Source: an uncultured Gammaproteobacteria bacterium
GTDB taxonomy: Bacteria; Patescibacteriota; Microgenomatia; Levybacterales; UBA12049
Assembly: GCA_964474445.1 (NCBI GenBank)
Contig: CAYYSJ010000001.1
Span: forward strand, 78,530 to 142,529
Length of the DNA: 64,000 nt
Direction of reading: 5' to 3'
In this document: piece by piece, positions 1 to 9,030 of the stretch
Numbering within the stretch: the first letter of the stretch is position 1
Layout of the letters: each line of letters starts with the position of its first letter
Made by a program: the position numbers and the translations under genes
The notes under the pieces: generated by a model
What the model was told of the DNA's origin: nothing
Seen by the model: the letters and a program-made list of their open reading frames with translations, nothing else
The model's database searches: none

Positions 1-88
1 GACAGGACTTCCTGTTTTAAGAAAAAAGTCATCGTAGAGATAAAGCAAGCGGCCAGATGACAAGATAGGAGTTGGATGATATACTCAT

Positions 89-1303
89 GTGATGAGCAGT
101 GTCGCTTTATCTTCCCGAGGGAAAAACGCACCCGCCTCCCCTATTCGGAAATTGATCCCCTTTGCAGAAAAAGCAAAAGCAGAAGGTGTAAAAGTCTATC
201 ATTTAAATATTGGTGATCCTGATTTTGAAGCTCCACAGGAAATTCGTGATACGTTAAAAGCTATAGCGGCAAAAACAACACATATCCCCTACTCCCATTC
301 GAAAGGTGATAAAGATATGTTGGCATCATGGAGTACATACTTCTCCCAGATTGGAATTTCTGTGTCTTCTGAGGACATTGTAGTTACCAGTGGTGGAAGT
401 GAAGGACTTATTCTTACTGCATCAGTGATTATGGATGTTGGAGATGAATTCCTCGTTATGGAACCGTACTATGCAAACTATAAAGGATTTGCAAATTTAC
501 TTGGTTTAGGAATAGCCACGGTGGCACTTGATCGTTCCAAAGGATACCACCTCCCAACTGATGAGGACATAGAACGTGCAATTACACCAAAAACAAAAGC
601 AATCTTCTTCACAAATCCTAATAATCCAACAGGAACAGTCTTTACCAAAGAAGAAATAGAAAGAGTGTTAGCGATTGCAGAAAAGTATAACTTGTTTGTT
701 GTGAGTGATGAAACATATAGAGGTATGGCATTTGAGGGAAAAGAAAGCTTGTCTGTCCTGCATGTTGCAACAGATAGCCAAAAAGACCACATTATTGTTG
801 TTGATAGTCTTTCGAAAAGGCTTAATGTATGTGGTGCACGTATTGGTGCCATTATCTCCTACAATTCAGACATGATTGATGCTGTATATCGTACTGCTCA
901 AGCACGCCTGTCTGTTGCACTGATTGAGCAACAAATGGTAACACCAATGCTTTCTCATTCGCTTTCCTATGTTGCAGAATTGGCAAAACAGTATCAAGGG
1001 AGACGAGATGCATTTATCAATGCGCTTGAAAAAGAGTTAGGAATAACACTTCATCGTCCAGAAGGTGCATTTTATATTATGCTTCCCTTGCCAGTTGATG
1101 ATGCAGAGCATTTTGCAACATGGCTTTTAACAGATTTTCGAGACAACAACGAAACTGTTATGGTTGCACCAGGTGCAGGATTTTATGCAACCGAGGGGAA
1201 AGGGAAAAACGAAGTACGAGTTGCCTATGTTCTGAATGAAAACGATTTAGCGCGAGCTGCAGAAATTTTAGGAAAAGCAGTTAAGCAATATAATCAAAGA
1301 TAA
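89..1303 (+). CDS. PLP-dependent aminotransferase, class I/II (aspartate/aromatic aminotransferase-like)
   Basis: 404 aa; N-terminal SPIRK motif, SKRLNVCGARIG with PLP-lysine context; canonical fold-type I aminotransferase length. Confidence 0.9.
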   Translation: MMSSVALSSRGKNAPASPIRKLIPFAEKAKAEGVKVYHLNIGDPDFEAPQEIRDTLKAIAAKTTHIPYSHSKGDKDMLASWSTYFSQIGISVSSEDIVVTSGGSEGLILTASVIMDVGDEFLVMEPYYANYKGFANLLGLGIATVALDRSKGYHLPTDEDIERAITPKTKAIFFTNPNNPTGTVFTKEEIERVLAIAEKYNLFVVSDETYRGMAFEGKESLSVLHVATDSQKDHIIVVDSLSKRLNVCGARIGAIISYNSDMIDAVYRTAQARLSVALIEQQMVTPMLSHSLSYVAELAKQYQGRRDAFINALEKELGITLHRPEGAFYIMLPLPVDDAEHFATWLLTDFRDNNETVMVAPGAGFYATEGKGKNEVRVAYVLNENDLARAAEILGKAVKQYNQR

Positions 1304-1308
1304 TCTTT

Positions 1309-2328
1309 TTACTTTTTCTCTACGTGTTCTATAAGAAATTTTTTCAATATATCTACGCTATCAGCATCATACAGTGATATGGGAAACACACTCTTTTTCG
1401 TTTTCTTCAGTTCTTTGATTTTTTTTGCTGCATCTTCTTTACTCACTAAGTCTGTTTTTGTCAGAAGAACAATTTCAGGCTTTTTTAAAAGTTGTGCATT
1501 ATACTCTTTTAACTCTGCGCGAATCGTCTGGTAAACACTATAGACATCATCATTTTCAACAGAGATACAATGGACAAGTACTTGCGTTTTCTCAACATGT
1601 CGCAAGAATTGAATTCCAAGTCCACGTCCTTCGTGTGCTCCTTCGATAAGTCCTGGAATATCGGCTAACGTTGTAGTCTCAAGCATACCGATATTTGGCT
1701 CAAGGGTTGTGAATGGATAATTACCAATCTTTGGGTGAGCATTTGTGAGTATTGCCAAAAGTGAACTTTTTCCAGCGTTTGGAAGACCAATAAATCCAAC
1801 ATCGGCAATCAGTTTGAGTTCAAGATGAAATTCTTTTACCTCACCTGGTGTTCCTTGTTCAGCATAGTGAGGAGCTTGGTCTGTTGGGGTTTTAAACTCA
1901 TTATTCCCCCTTCCTCCTTTTCCTCCTTTTGCAACTAAGATTTTGTCTTCTTCACTTACTATCTCAAATTGCTCACCGCTTTCGTTATTGGTAACAAGGG
2001 TACCAATAGGAAGTTTTACAATAAGATCTTTTCCATTTTTCCCAAATAAGTTTTTCTTGCCTCCTGGGATGCCATCTTCTGCTTTTACTTCTTTTCGAAA
2101 TTGAAAATTCCTTAATCCTAAAATATCATCAATTCCCTGCAGGTACACATTTCCTCCATTACCCCCATTTCCTCCGTCTGGACCTCCCTTATAGTTTTTG
2201 GGCAAATGCCGGAAAGACACTTTTCCATCTCCCCCCTTGCCTGCTTTAATAGTAATCGTCACTGTATCAATCAACATATCTGCATTGTACCATACCTGAT
2301 GCGTGATAAATGAAGGTTTTTGATACAA
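1309..2328 (-). CDS. obg: GTPase Obg/CgtA
   Basis: Gly-rich Obg fold (GKGGDGKVSF, GGPDGGNGGNGGNVYL), G1 GLPNAGKSSLL, G2 FTTLEPNIG; true start probably internal Met (MLIDTVTITIKAG, about nt 2277). Confidence 0.9.
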   Translation of the reverse strand: MYQKPSFITHQVWYNADMLIDTVTITIKAGKGGDGKVSFRHLPKNYKGGPDGGNGGNGGNVYLQGIDDILGLRNFQFRKEVKAEDGIPGGKKNLFGKNGKDLIVKLPIGTLVTNNESGEQFEIVSEEDKILVAKGGKGGRGNNEFKTPTDQAPHYAEQGTPGEVKEFHLELKLIADVGFIGLPNAGKSSLLAILTNAHPKIGNYPFTTLEPNIGMLETTTLADIPGLIEGAHEGRGLGIQFLRHVEKTQVLVHCISVENDDVYSVYQTIRAELKEYNAQLLKKPEIVLLTKTDLVSKEDAAKKIKELKKTKKSVFPISLYDADSVDILKKFLIEHVEKK

Positions 2329-2335
2329 TAATAGA

Positions 2336-3304
2336 ATGAAGGGGTGGCTTACCTATTTCACGACGCTTTCTTGTCTAACTGCTCTTCTATGTATTGGTAT
2401 ATGGCTTTATCAACCACTTCTTATTCCCTTTCAGTCAGTACTCTCCTTTCCTATTCCGGTAGTTTTTGCATTACCAAACAATCATCAAGTTGCGACACTT
2501 GATTTATGGGAGCCTGGAAAACAAGTAACAAATATAACGGGTTCACAAGCTCCTCAAATCTCGGCATCTGCAGCATTAAGTTATGACTTAACAACAAACA
2601 CTTACCTTTTTGCAAAGGATGTACAGAAACGGCTTCCCATGGCTTCCCTCACCAAAATAATGACAGCAGTTATTGGGCTGGAGCATCTGAAAAATGATGA
2701 TCAATATATTGTCCGATCACAAAGTCTCGTAGGAAATAATGCAATGGGAGTTACCCCAGGGGAAGTGCTTGATCATACAGAGCTGCTGTATGGGCTTGTT
2801 TTGCCTTCTGGCAATGATGCCGCAGAAGTCTTTGCAGATAATTTCCCTGGTGGACGGGAAAAATTTATTGCTGCCATGAATGAAAAAGTAGCGGCGTTAG
2901 GCCTTTCTGACACCCACTACACGAATCCTTCAGGACTTGAAGGAGATGGAAATCAATATACAACTGCGTATGATTTGCTTGTCATCACTCGATATGCCCT
3001 TTCTCACTTTCCACTGTTTCGTACCGTTGTTGCAACATATACAACAGATGTACCTGCAACGGCTACTCACAAAGAATTTTACCTTACTAACGAGACAAAT
3101 CTTTTATCTAGTTATCCAGGTGTAAAGGGAGTAAAGGATGGCTATACTCCTGAGGCAGGATTATGTCTTGTAACCTATCTTGATTATGGAGGACATAAGG
3201 TTATTTCAGTTCTTTTAGGGAGCGATGATAGACGAGGTGAAATGAAAGAGATTTTGGATTATTCATTGAAAAAGCTTGGTATCAAACCACCTCTTCATGG
3301 ATAA
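2336..3304 (+). CDS. D-alanyl-D-alanine carboxypeptidase (serine-type, PBP5/DacA-like)
   Basis: SxxK (ASLTK), SGN (PSGND) motifs, N-terminal membrane/signal segment, Peptidase S11 architecture. Confidence 0.85.
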   Translation: MKGWLTYFTTLSCLTALLCIGIWLYQPLLIPFQSVLSFPIPVVFALPNNHQVATLDLWEPGKQVTNITGSQAPQISASAALSYDLTTNTYLFAKDVQKRLPMASLTKIMTAVIGLEHLKNDDQYIVRSQSLVGNNAMGVTPGEVLDHTELLYGLVLPSGNDAAEVFADNFPGGREKFIAAMNEKVAALGLSDTHYTNPSGLEGDGNQYTTAYDLLVITRYALSHFPLFRTVVATYTTDVPATATHKEFYLTNETNLLSSYPGVKGVKDGYTPEAGLCLVTYLDYGGHKVISVLLGSDDRRGEMKEILDYSLKKLGIKPPLHG

Positions 3305-3325
3305 CATGACTTTCCTCATTTTGTA

Positions 3326-3354
3326 TTGATCGCAAAAGCAATTTAAGGTACAAT
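3326..3354 (+). promoter_or_regulatory. sigma70-like promoter upstream of tRNA-Leu (TTGATC-17nt-TACAAT)
   Basis: -35 TTGATC and -10 TACAAT separated by 17 nt, about 9 nt upstream of tRNA 5' end. Confidence 0.35.
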
Positions 3355-3363
3355 ATACTCTAC

Positions 3364-3446
3364 GCCGCGGTGGTGGAATGGTATACACGAAGGCCTTAAG
3401 AGCCTTTGTCAGCAATGGCATGCGAGTCCGAGTCTCGCCCGCGGTA
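3364..3446 (+). tRNA. tRNA-Leu (anticodon TAA), long variable arm, no encoded CCA
   Basis: Acceptor GCCGCGG/CCGCGGT, D-arm GGTGGAATGGTA, anticodon stem AAGGC/GCCTT with loop CTTAAGA, long extra arm, T-arm GCGAG-TCCGAGT-CTCGC. Confidence 0.85.
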
Positions 3447-3520
3447 CTTTGTCCTTCTAGGTGGACAATATAAAACTAAAAATGAAAAAGTAAAGTTTAA
3501 AATTTTTAGTTTTTGCAGAA

Positions 3521-3594
3521 CGGGGAGTAGCTCAGTTGGCTAGAGCGCGCGGTTTGGGACCGTGAGGTCGGAGGTTCAAGTCCTCTCTCCCCGA
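3521..3594 (+). tRNA. tRNA-Pro (anticodon TGG), no encoded CCA
   Basis: Acceptor CGGGGAG/CTCCCCG, D-arm GCTCAGTTGGCTAGAGC, anticodon loop TTTGGGA, T-arm GGAGG-TTCAAGT-CCTCT. Confidence 0.85.
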
Positions 3595-3606
3595 CAAAAG
3601 AAGCCG

Positions 3607-4179
3607 TTAATTTTTCTTGATTTGCTTCCAGAGAAAAACTCCTAAAAGAATAAGATCAATAAAGCCAACAAGCGAGAAAAGGAATGTAAACACACCAAAT
3701 GCTCCAAGTCCATTCCAACCCATTATAGAACTTGTCCCTCCCCAATTTCCCATCATACCTTCTACACCTCCCTGTCCGTTTGAATAACAACCAGTAGCAT
3801 TTTTAGCAAGACGAATGTGCATTTGCTCCTCACCATTTTCTCCCATCAGTTGTTTCATAGCGTTATTCATTTGTATATGAGCATTAGTATTCCCGCCAAA
3901 ACTCTGATTCATCAGATACTCTCCAATTTTTTCGAAATCATCGTCTCTGAAATTTGTGCAGGAAACTTGTTTATTCTGGAGTTTTGTAAAAAGGTCTTTA
4001 CCTGTTTGAATATCTTGCAAATCTTGCTGTGTTGGGGTAATTGTTGGAGTTCCAGACAATCCTTGCATCATGGGAATTCCAGTAGAATCCATCATTTGTG
4101 CGTTACTTTTCCCAACAACAAGAAATAAGCAGAAAATACCTGCTAGAAGAAAAGTGCTTAGATATTTTTTCACTGACAT
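3607..4179 (-). CDS. Met/Gly-rich secreted protein with C-terminal TM anchor and basic tail; putative Cu-binding surface protein
   Basis: Likely start MSVKKYLSTFLLAG (signal peptide) immediately after copZ stop; Met-rich motifs (MMQG, MNNAMKQLMGENGEEQMH, GMMGNWGG) typical of periplasmic Cu(I) binders; C-terminal hydrophobic helix + KQIKKN. Confidence 0.5.
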   Translation of the reverse strand: MSVKKYLSTFLLAGIFCLFLVVGKSNAQMMDSTGIPMMQGLSGTPTITPTQQDLQDIQTGKDLFTKLQNKQVSCTNFRDDDFEKIGEYLMNQSFGGNTNAHIQMNNAMKQLMGENGEEQMHIRLAKNATGCYSNGQGGVEGMMGNWGGTSSIMGWNGLGAFGVFTFLFSLVGFIDLILLGVFLWKQIKKN

Positions 4180-4180
4180 A

Positions 4181-4402
4181 CTAATTTTTGACTGGCTGAG
4201 CAGTGTACCCAACCTTCTGTATAATAGACACTATCTTTTCTTCAGTCAATTTGTCAGTGTCAAAGGTCACTTCTGCTACTGCTTTTGCATAATGAGTATT
4301 TGATTGTTTTACCCCATCTATTTCTTCCAAAGCGTCATCTACCTCAAGCGTACAAGCCGTACAGTGCATTCCTGATATTTTGAATTTTTGTTTTGTTATC
4401 AT
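4181..4402 (-). CDS. copZ: copper chaperone CopZ (heavy-metal-associated domain)
   Basis: 73 aa, GMHCTACTLEV = GMxCxxC HMA motif. Confidence 0.85.
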   Translation of the reverse strand: MITKQKFKISGMHCTACTLEVDDALEEIDGVKQSNTHYAKAVAEVTFDTDKLTEEKIVSIIQKVGYTAQPVKN

Positions 4403-5433
4403 ATTACAACGTGCATAACTCCTCTATACATTCCCATACTACACATAAAAGGAATATCTTCTACTTGTTGTGGAGCTGTAAAAGCAATGGTAGCTGATGC
4501 TCCAAGAGGAACAACTTTTTGAATACCAAGACTTGGGATAGTAAATGATTGAGTACAACCCTGCCCACCAGTGTTTTTCAAATGGATAGTTATTGGTGAG
4601 CCTGCTTTAATGGTGAAATTATTTGGGTTGTACCCTGTTGCTGCAATGTCTATGCTTGCATCCTGTACAGGTGTACTATATGCATTACCTCCTATTGGAC
4701 CACAGATAGCAAAAACACACCAAAATCCTTTAGCCATATTCTCTATTGTCCATGAACTCCCTGTAAGGGCTACTGCATTATTAATATTAAAAATTGCCAA
4801 TAAAATAATGGCAATCGCAGCCAACTTCATAAAGCCTTGCTGAAACATATCACCAAGTTTTGTTGCAAAATAGCCGAGAACAAAAAATACAGGTGATGTC
4901 CCTAATACAAAAGCAAAGAGAATTGCTGCTCCAAGAAGAGGTTTGCCTGATGCAATGGCAAGTGCCATCATTGCTTGGGTTGTTCCACAAGGAATAAAGA
5001 CAGTGAATGCACCAAGAAGTGCTGGAGCGAACATAGTCTGGCTTTTGGATTGTTTTCTTATCAATCGAGTCAAAAAATGGGGAGGTTGAATAATAAAGTA
5101 GCGAAAGATGGGGTGAACATCAAGAATATTAAAAGCTGTACCAATCATAAATACTGCAACAGCAACTTGCAAAATAATTCGAGTACTCAGAGACAGTTGA
5201 AAGAAAGAGCCAAGTCCACCAAGCAGAAAGCCAAGAAGTGTATAGGCGGTAAGTTTCGTTACAAGGAATGCAAGAATAGGAAATGCATTCCCACCTTTAG
5301 TTTTTTCCTGGAGACGTTCCTCTTCTGCTTGAGCAAGAGTAGCTGCTAAAAGTCCTCCCTGTACTGCCATACACGTTAATCCTCCTGCTAATAACCCTGT
5401 GAGAAAAATGGCAAGTAAGTTAATGTTTCCCAT
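4399..5433 (-). CDS. membrane protein: DsbD_2-like Cys-containing TM domain fused to C-terminal cupredoxin-like domain
   Basis: 6-8 predicted TM helices with conserved Cys (LTCMAVQGG, IPCGTTQAMM); C-terminal beta-rich domain ending FMCSMGMYRGVMHVVI (Cys/Met/His cluster typical of cupredoxin_1-like Cu sites). Confidence 0.6.
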   Translation of the reverse strand: MGNINLLAIFLTGLLAGGLTCMAVQGGLLAATLAQAEEERLQEKTKGGNAFPILAFLVTKLTAYTLLGFLLGGLGSFFQLSLSTRIILQVAVAVFMIGTAFNILDVHPIFRYFIIQPPHFLTRLIRKQSKSQTMFAPALLGAFTVFIPCGTTQAMMALAIASGKPLLGAAILFAFVLGTSPVFFVLGYFATKLGDMFQQGFMKLAAIAIILLAIFNINNAVALTGSSWTIENMAKGFWCVFAICGPIGGNAYSTPVQDASIDIAATGYNPNNFTIKAGSPITIHLKNTGGQGCTQSFTIPSLGIQKVVPLGASATIAFTAPQQVEDIPFMCSMGMYRGVMHVVI

Positions 5434-5436
5434 AAT

Positions 5437-6600
5437 TTATACTTTACAACAATCCTCCATATCTTCTGGATCCATTTCCATCATTTTAAGCATTGCTGGT
5501 CCACCTGTTCGAAGAAATCGTATTGTTAAGATAACAGCTAAAATTGAGAAAATAATATTAAGCACACTTGTATAATTCCAAGAAATACCAGAGTTTATCA
5601 TGACAACATTTCTATTTGTTGGAATAATATGAAGATGAGAAAAAATAAATTCAATGATGTATCCTGCTGCTGCCATAGTGATATAAAAACTAACTAAGAT
5701 ATATGCCATCATCTTAAAACTATAGTATTTTCTGTAAATATTAAGAATTGGCAAGACAATAAGGTCTGCAAATATAAAGCTCACAACTCCTCCAAAACTA
5801 ATACCACCCTTCCATAACACTGCTGCAAGTGGGACGTTCCCAACAGAACATACAAAAGAAAGCATAGCTACAAGAGGTCCAACAAGTGGTCCTTCTATGT
5901 ATGCGAGTGTTGGATTATTCGTAAAGAAAAATGCTTGCCAAAAAGGCTCTGGTACAAATACGGCAAGTACTCCTGCAATACCAAAGCCAATCAGAATATC
6001 AATCCAGATGGAGGCAATATCCATAATGAAATAATGACTTATTGTGGTAAATCCTTTTTTACTAACAAGTCTTGACCAAAGACTACCTTCTGTCAGGCTC
6101 ATATTCATATCAGCATGTCCCTCCATTTTGCCAATCAAGCCTTTTTCTGCTTGTCGTCTTGCTTCCTTGACAAGTTTTCTTGAGAGAGTAAAGCGGAAAA
6201 TAAGAGCAAGAAGAATAACCATAATAATTCCCCCAAGAAATTCTGCACTAACAAATTGCCAACCCATAAATACCCACAGAATAACTCCTAATTCTATGAC
6301 TAAATTTGTAGAGGACAATTCAAAAACCATTGCATTTGTAAAGCTTGCACCTTTGCGAAAAATAGAACGAGCTAGGGCAATAGCAGCATAAGAACAAGAA
6401 CTTGAGGCAATTCCAAAAAGAGTTGCTAGGGTAACACTTCTAGGTGAATCGTCCCCAAGTGTTTCTGCCATTTTTGCATGAGAAACAACTGCCTGGACGA
6501 TACCAGAAAGAGCAAAGCCTAATATAAGAGGCCATAAAACGTCCCACAACATATAAAAGGACATAAGAAGTGATGTAAGAATGTTATGGAATAAATTCAT
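5437..6600 (-). CDS. permease, COG0701/ArsP-like family with C-terminal Cys-Cys
   Basis: 387 aa polytopic membrane protein, two-repeat permease architecture, C-terminal MEDCCKV metal-binding-like tail; operonic with csoR/copZ. Confidence 0.7.
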   Translation of the reverse strand: MNLFHNILTSLLMSFYMLWDVLWPLILGFALSGIVQAVVSHAKMAETLGDDSPRSVTLATLFGIASSSCSYAAIALARSIFRKGASFTNAMVFELSSTNLVIELGVILWVFMGWQFVSAEFLGGIIMVILLALIFRFTLSRKLVKEARRQAEKGLIGKMEGHADMNMSLTEGSLWSRLVSKKGFTTISHYFIMDIASIWIDILIGFGIAGVLAVFVPEPFWQAFFFTNNPTLAYIEGPLVGPLVAMLSFVCSVGNVPLAAVLWKGGISFGGVVSFIFADLIVLPILNIYRKYYSFKMMAYILVSFYITMAAAGYIIEFIFSHLHIIPTNRNVVMINSGISWNYTSVLNIIFSILAVILTIRFLRTGGPAMLKMMEMDPEDMEDCCKV

Positions 6601-6869
6601 TTATTTTTTTTGAATACAGTCATGATTTCTTCAATTGCTTCGTCGGTTTTACCTTTTTTCATCTTCTCAGAAGCACAAGTTCGTAAATGATGTTCAAGAA
6701 GTACATTGGCTGTTTCTTCAAGTCCACTATCTACAGCATTTAATTGTTGCAAGACATCTATGCAGTAAGTGTCGTTTTCAACCATCTTAATAACTTTCTC
6801 TAAATGTCCTTTAGCTATTTTAAGACGGTGTAGTATTCGTTCTTGTGTATCTTTTGGTCTATATGCCAT
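6597..6869 (-). CDS. csoR: CsoR/RcnR-family metal-sensing transcriptional repressor
   Basis: 90 aa, DUF156 fold; ligand residues C(YCIDV)...H(EHH)...C(RTCA) = CsoR W-X-Y-Z Cys-His-Cys pattern. Confidence 0.85.
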   Translation of the reverse strand: MAYRPKDTQERILHRLKIAKGHLEKVIKMVENDTYCIDVLQQLNAVDSGLEETANVLLEHHLRTCASEKMKKGKTDEAIEEIMTVFKKNK

Positions 6870-6893
6870 ATTTTAATCCTGAGTTTATCGAAG

Positions 6894-6916
6894 AATATCC
6901 TCCCCTAGAGGATATT
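6894..6916. promoter_or_regulatory. perfect 9-5-9 inverted repeat AATATCCTC-CCCTA-GAGGATATT upstream of csoR; candidate CsoR operator
   Basis: Palindrome 25-47 nt upstream of csoR ATG with C/G-tract centre as in known CsoR operators. Confidence 0.35.
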
Positions 6917-7108
6917 ATTAAATAATCAATATGGTCGTGTCAATACTTAATAAATGTAATCAGTGGCTAAAGTGTACGATGAATCTTTTAATTGATGTAT
7001 TTGCTCATCAAATTTAACTGGATTCCAATGTTGGAGGATGAATGCAACTAGCGGTTCAATATCTATCGCTTGTTCGCGATAAACTAAAGGCAGTTACTAA
7101 CCTATCTA

Positions 7109-7498
7109 TTATCTTTTCTTTAAGACTTTCCCTAAGAAAAATAAAGCAAGGCCTGCGGTAATTAAACCGCCTAGCACGATTTTTGTCTTATCAATTATGG
7201 GGACAAATTCTGCATGTTCACCAAGGATACGGATATATCCAAGTGGCTTAACTCCAATGCTTACTCCAATTCCCATACCACCTTGCTGTGGTCCAGGTTG
7301 TCCTGCAGTTCCAGCCTCTTTTTGTGGATTTATGCCTCCTCCGCCTCCACCTTTGATAGAAATCGATGCAACGGGAATAAGGGTAAGACCATTTTGTTTG
7401 ATAGGATCTCCTAAAATTGCCTTTATATTTGCACTCTTCTGAATTTGATCAACAATTTTTTGTATTAGCTCATCAGGTTTCATAAACTCATGATACAT
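7109..7498 (-). CDS. GerW/YtfJ-family (sporulation protein YtfJ-like) protein
   Basis: ILGDPIKQNGLTLIPVASISIKGGGGGG ... GGMGIGVSIGVKPLGYIRILGE matches the YtfJ/GerW pattern (IGDPVETPDGS...GFGFAAGG...GGGVSITPIAFL); C-terminal TM + KKR. Confidence 0.6.
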   Translation of the reverse strand: MYHEFMKPDELIQKIVDQIQKSANIKAILGDPIKQNGLTLIPVASISIKGGGGGGINPQKEAGTAGQPGPQQGGMGIGVSIGVKPLGYIRILGEHAEFVPIIDKTKIVLGGLITAGLALFFLGKVLKKR

Positions 7499-7591
7499 TT
7501 GTAGTACAAATCATTTGAAAGAATTATATGTAAAAATGTTTAGAAGGATATAGAAATATAATTGGATTCTATACTCGTTTCTTATTGATAT

Positions 7592-8251
7592 TTGATAGAA
7601 CATTGCCAAAATAAAGGCATGAGAAAACAAATCCGTTATAGTCCTCAAGATAAGATAAATAACCATAGAATTTATAGTCTTTATTTGCAAATTGGTGTGG
7701 ATGACGGATGGAGTAAGAAAGATAAATGGGAAAATTTTAAAACTTTGGTTGAAATAGCAGCCTTAACCAGGACTTCCCTTCAAGGGTCGGCCATTCTGGA
7801 TGTTGGTTGTGGCACTGGAGACATGGTGCAATTTTTAGAAAATAAAAACATTAAAGAATATGTTGGAGTTGATATATTTTCTCCTGCCATAGAAAAAGCA
7901 CAACAAAAATATCCTGATCAAAAATTTATTGCAGAAGATTTCCTTCGGCTTTCACTCAAAAAGAAGTTTGATTTTGTGTTTTGCTCGGGAGCTCTCACTA
8001 CTGTCCTTGAAACAGATAATTATGAAATTCTTCAACCATGGATTAGCAAAATGTGGAAGTTAGCAAAGATAGGTGTCGCTTTTAATTTTTTGGTTGATAA
8101 TAAAGCAAATGAAGACACATTATTCTTATATGATCCAGAACGAGTGATAGGTATTTGCAAAGAGATTGCCCCAGAAGCACATATCAAAACGTTAACAACA
8201 GATGCTGGGTCTGGGAATTCTTTACAAAAAATGCACATCTTTCTTTACTAA
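7592..8251 (+). CDS. class I SAM-dependent methyltransferase
   Basis: Motif I ILDVGCGTGDM, post-I acidic DIF, Rossmann MTase length. Confidence 0.8.
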   Translation: MIEHCQNKGMRKQIRYSPQDKINNHRIYSLYLQIGVDDGWSKKDKWENFKTLVEIAALTRTSLQGSAILDVGCGTGDMVQFLENKNIKEYVGVDIFSPAIEKAQQKYPDQKFIAEDFLRLSLKKKFDFVFCSGALTTVLETDNYEILQPWISKMWKLAKIGVAFNFLVDNKANEDTLFLYDPERVIGICKEIAPEAHIKTLTTDAGSGNSLQKMHIFLY

Positions 8252-8337
8252 CGTTTGAGTTAGACACATTGCAGCAGTTCAAGTAATCGGTATGGTAGAC
8301 ATATCTTAAAGAATCTATACGTTTTAGAAACGTTACG

Positions 8338-8913
8338 TTATTTTTTATGGTAGATACTTGGGATGTGTTCTCTCCCATATTTTAAGGTCTTTGCTATCCA
8401 AATAAGCTCTTCAAATCCACGTTTTATTCGTCTTACATACCCTTCATCTTTTATGTTTCCATTTTCATCAAATAAGTTCTGCACTTGAGGAAAATATACG
8501 TCAGAAAATGTCACTGCCATTCCCATTTCTCGAACCGTTGGTACCAATTCTTCTATTGCTCTTGCCCCACCAAAAATGCCGTTTGATACTCCAGCAAAGG
8601 CAACTGGTTTATGGATATAGTTTTCCAGTTCAGAATCAAGCATTCTTTTCAATGTTCCTGGGAACGAATGATTATATTCCGGCGTAACAATGAAAAATCC
8701 ATCAGCTCTCTTTGTAAGATCAGAATACCTTGGATCTTTATTTTCAGGATCATTCCCATCAAAAGGGAAATGATAGTCAAGTGGATCAACCAGCTCAACA
8801 GTAATTTCATCAATCGCTTCTCCTACATGTGTTACTAAATCAGCAACTTGTTTCGACTGACGATGGGGGCGAGATGTCCCAAGTAAAATAGGTATAAACA
8901 GTTTATCAGCCAT
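8338..8913 (-). CDS. NADPH-dependent FMN reductase (NAD(P)H-dependent oxidoreductase)
   Basis: Flavodoxin-like fold; LGTSRPHRQS FMN-phosphate loop, TPEYNHSFPGTLK signature of FMN_red family. Confidence 0.8.
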   Translation of the reverse strand: MADKLFIPILLGTSRPHRQSKQVADLVTHVGEAIDEITVELVDPLDYHFPFDGNDPENKDPRYSDLTKRADGFFIVTPEYNHSFPGTLKRMLDSELENYIHKPVAFAGVSNGIFGGARAIEELVPTVREMGMAVTFSDVYFPQVQNLFDENGNIKDEGYVRRIKRGFEELIWIAKTLKYGREHIPSIYHKK

Positions 8914-9030
8914 ATACTACCAGATACAGTTTACAGCGCTTTGCATGTGAAAGCAAATACACTTGTCTTATTCTCATTCTAAATATCCATATCCATTATG
9001 CATTGTGCCAATGCTTAATAAACCCATAAT

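Noticed and set aside
1425-1649. 74-aa plus-strand ORF inside obg
   Set aside because: It is antisense to the well-supported Obg GTPase gene and is a spurious ORF.
4571-5349. ORFs 4571..4843 and 4975..5349 on plus strand
   Set aside because: They are antisense to the DsbD_2/cupredoxin membrane protein gene, which has coherent TM topology. No RBS evidence.
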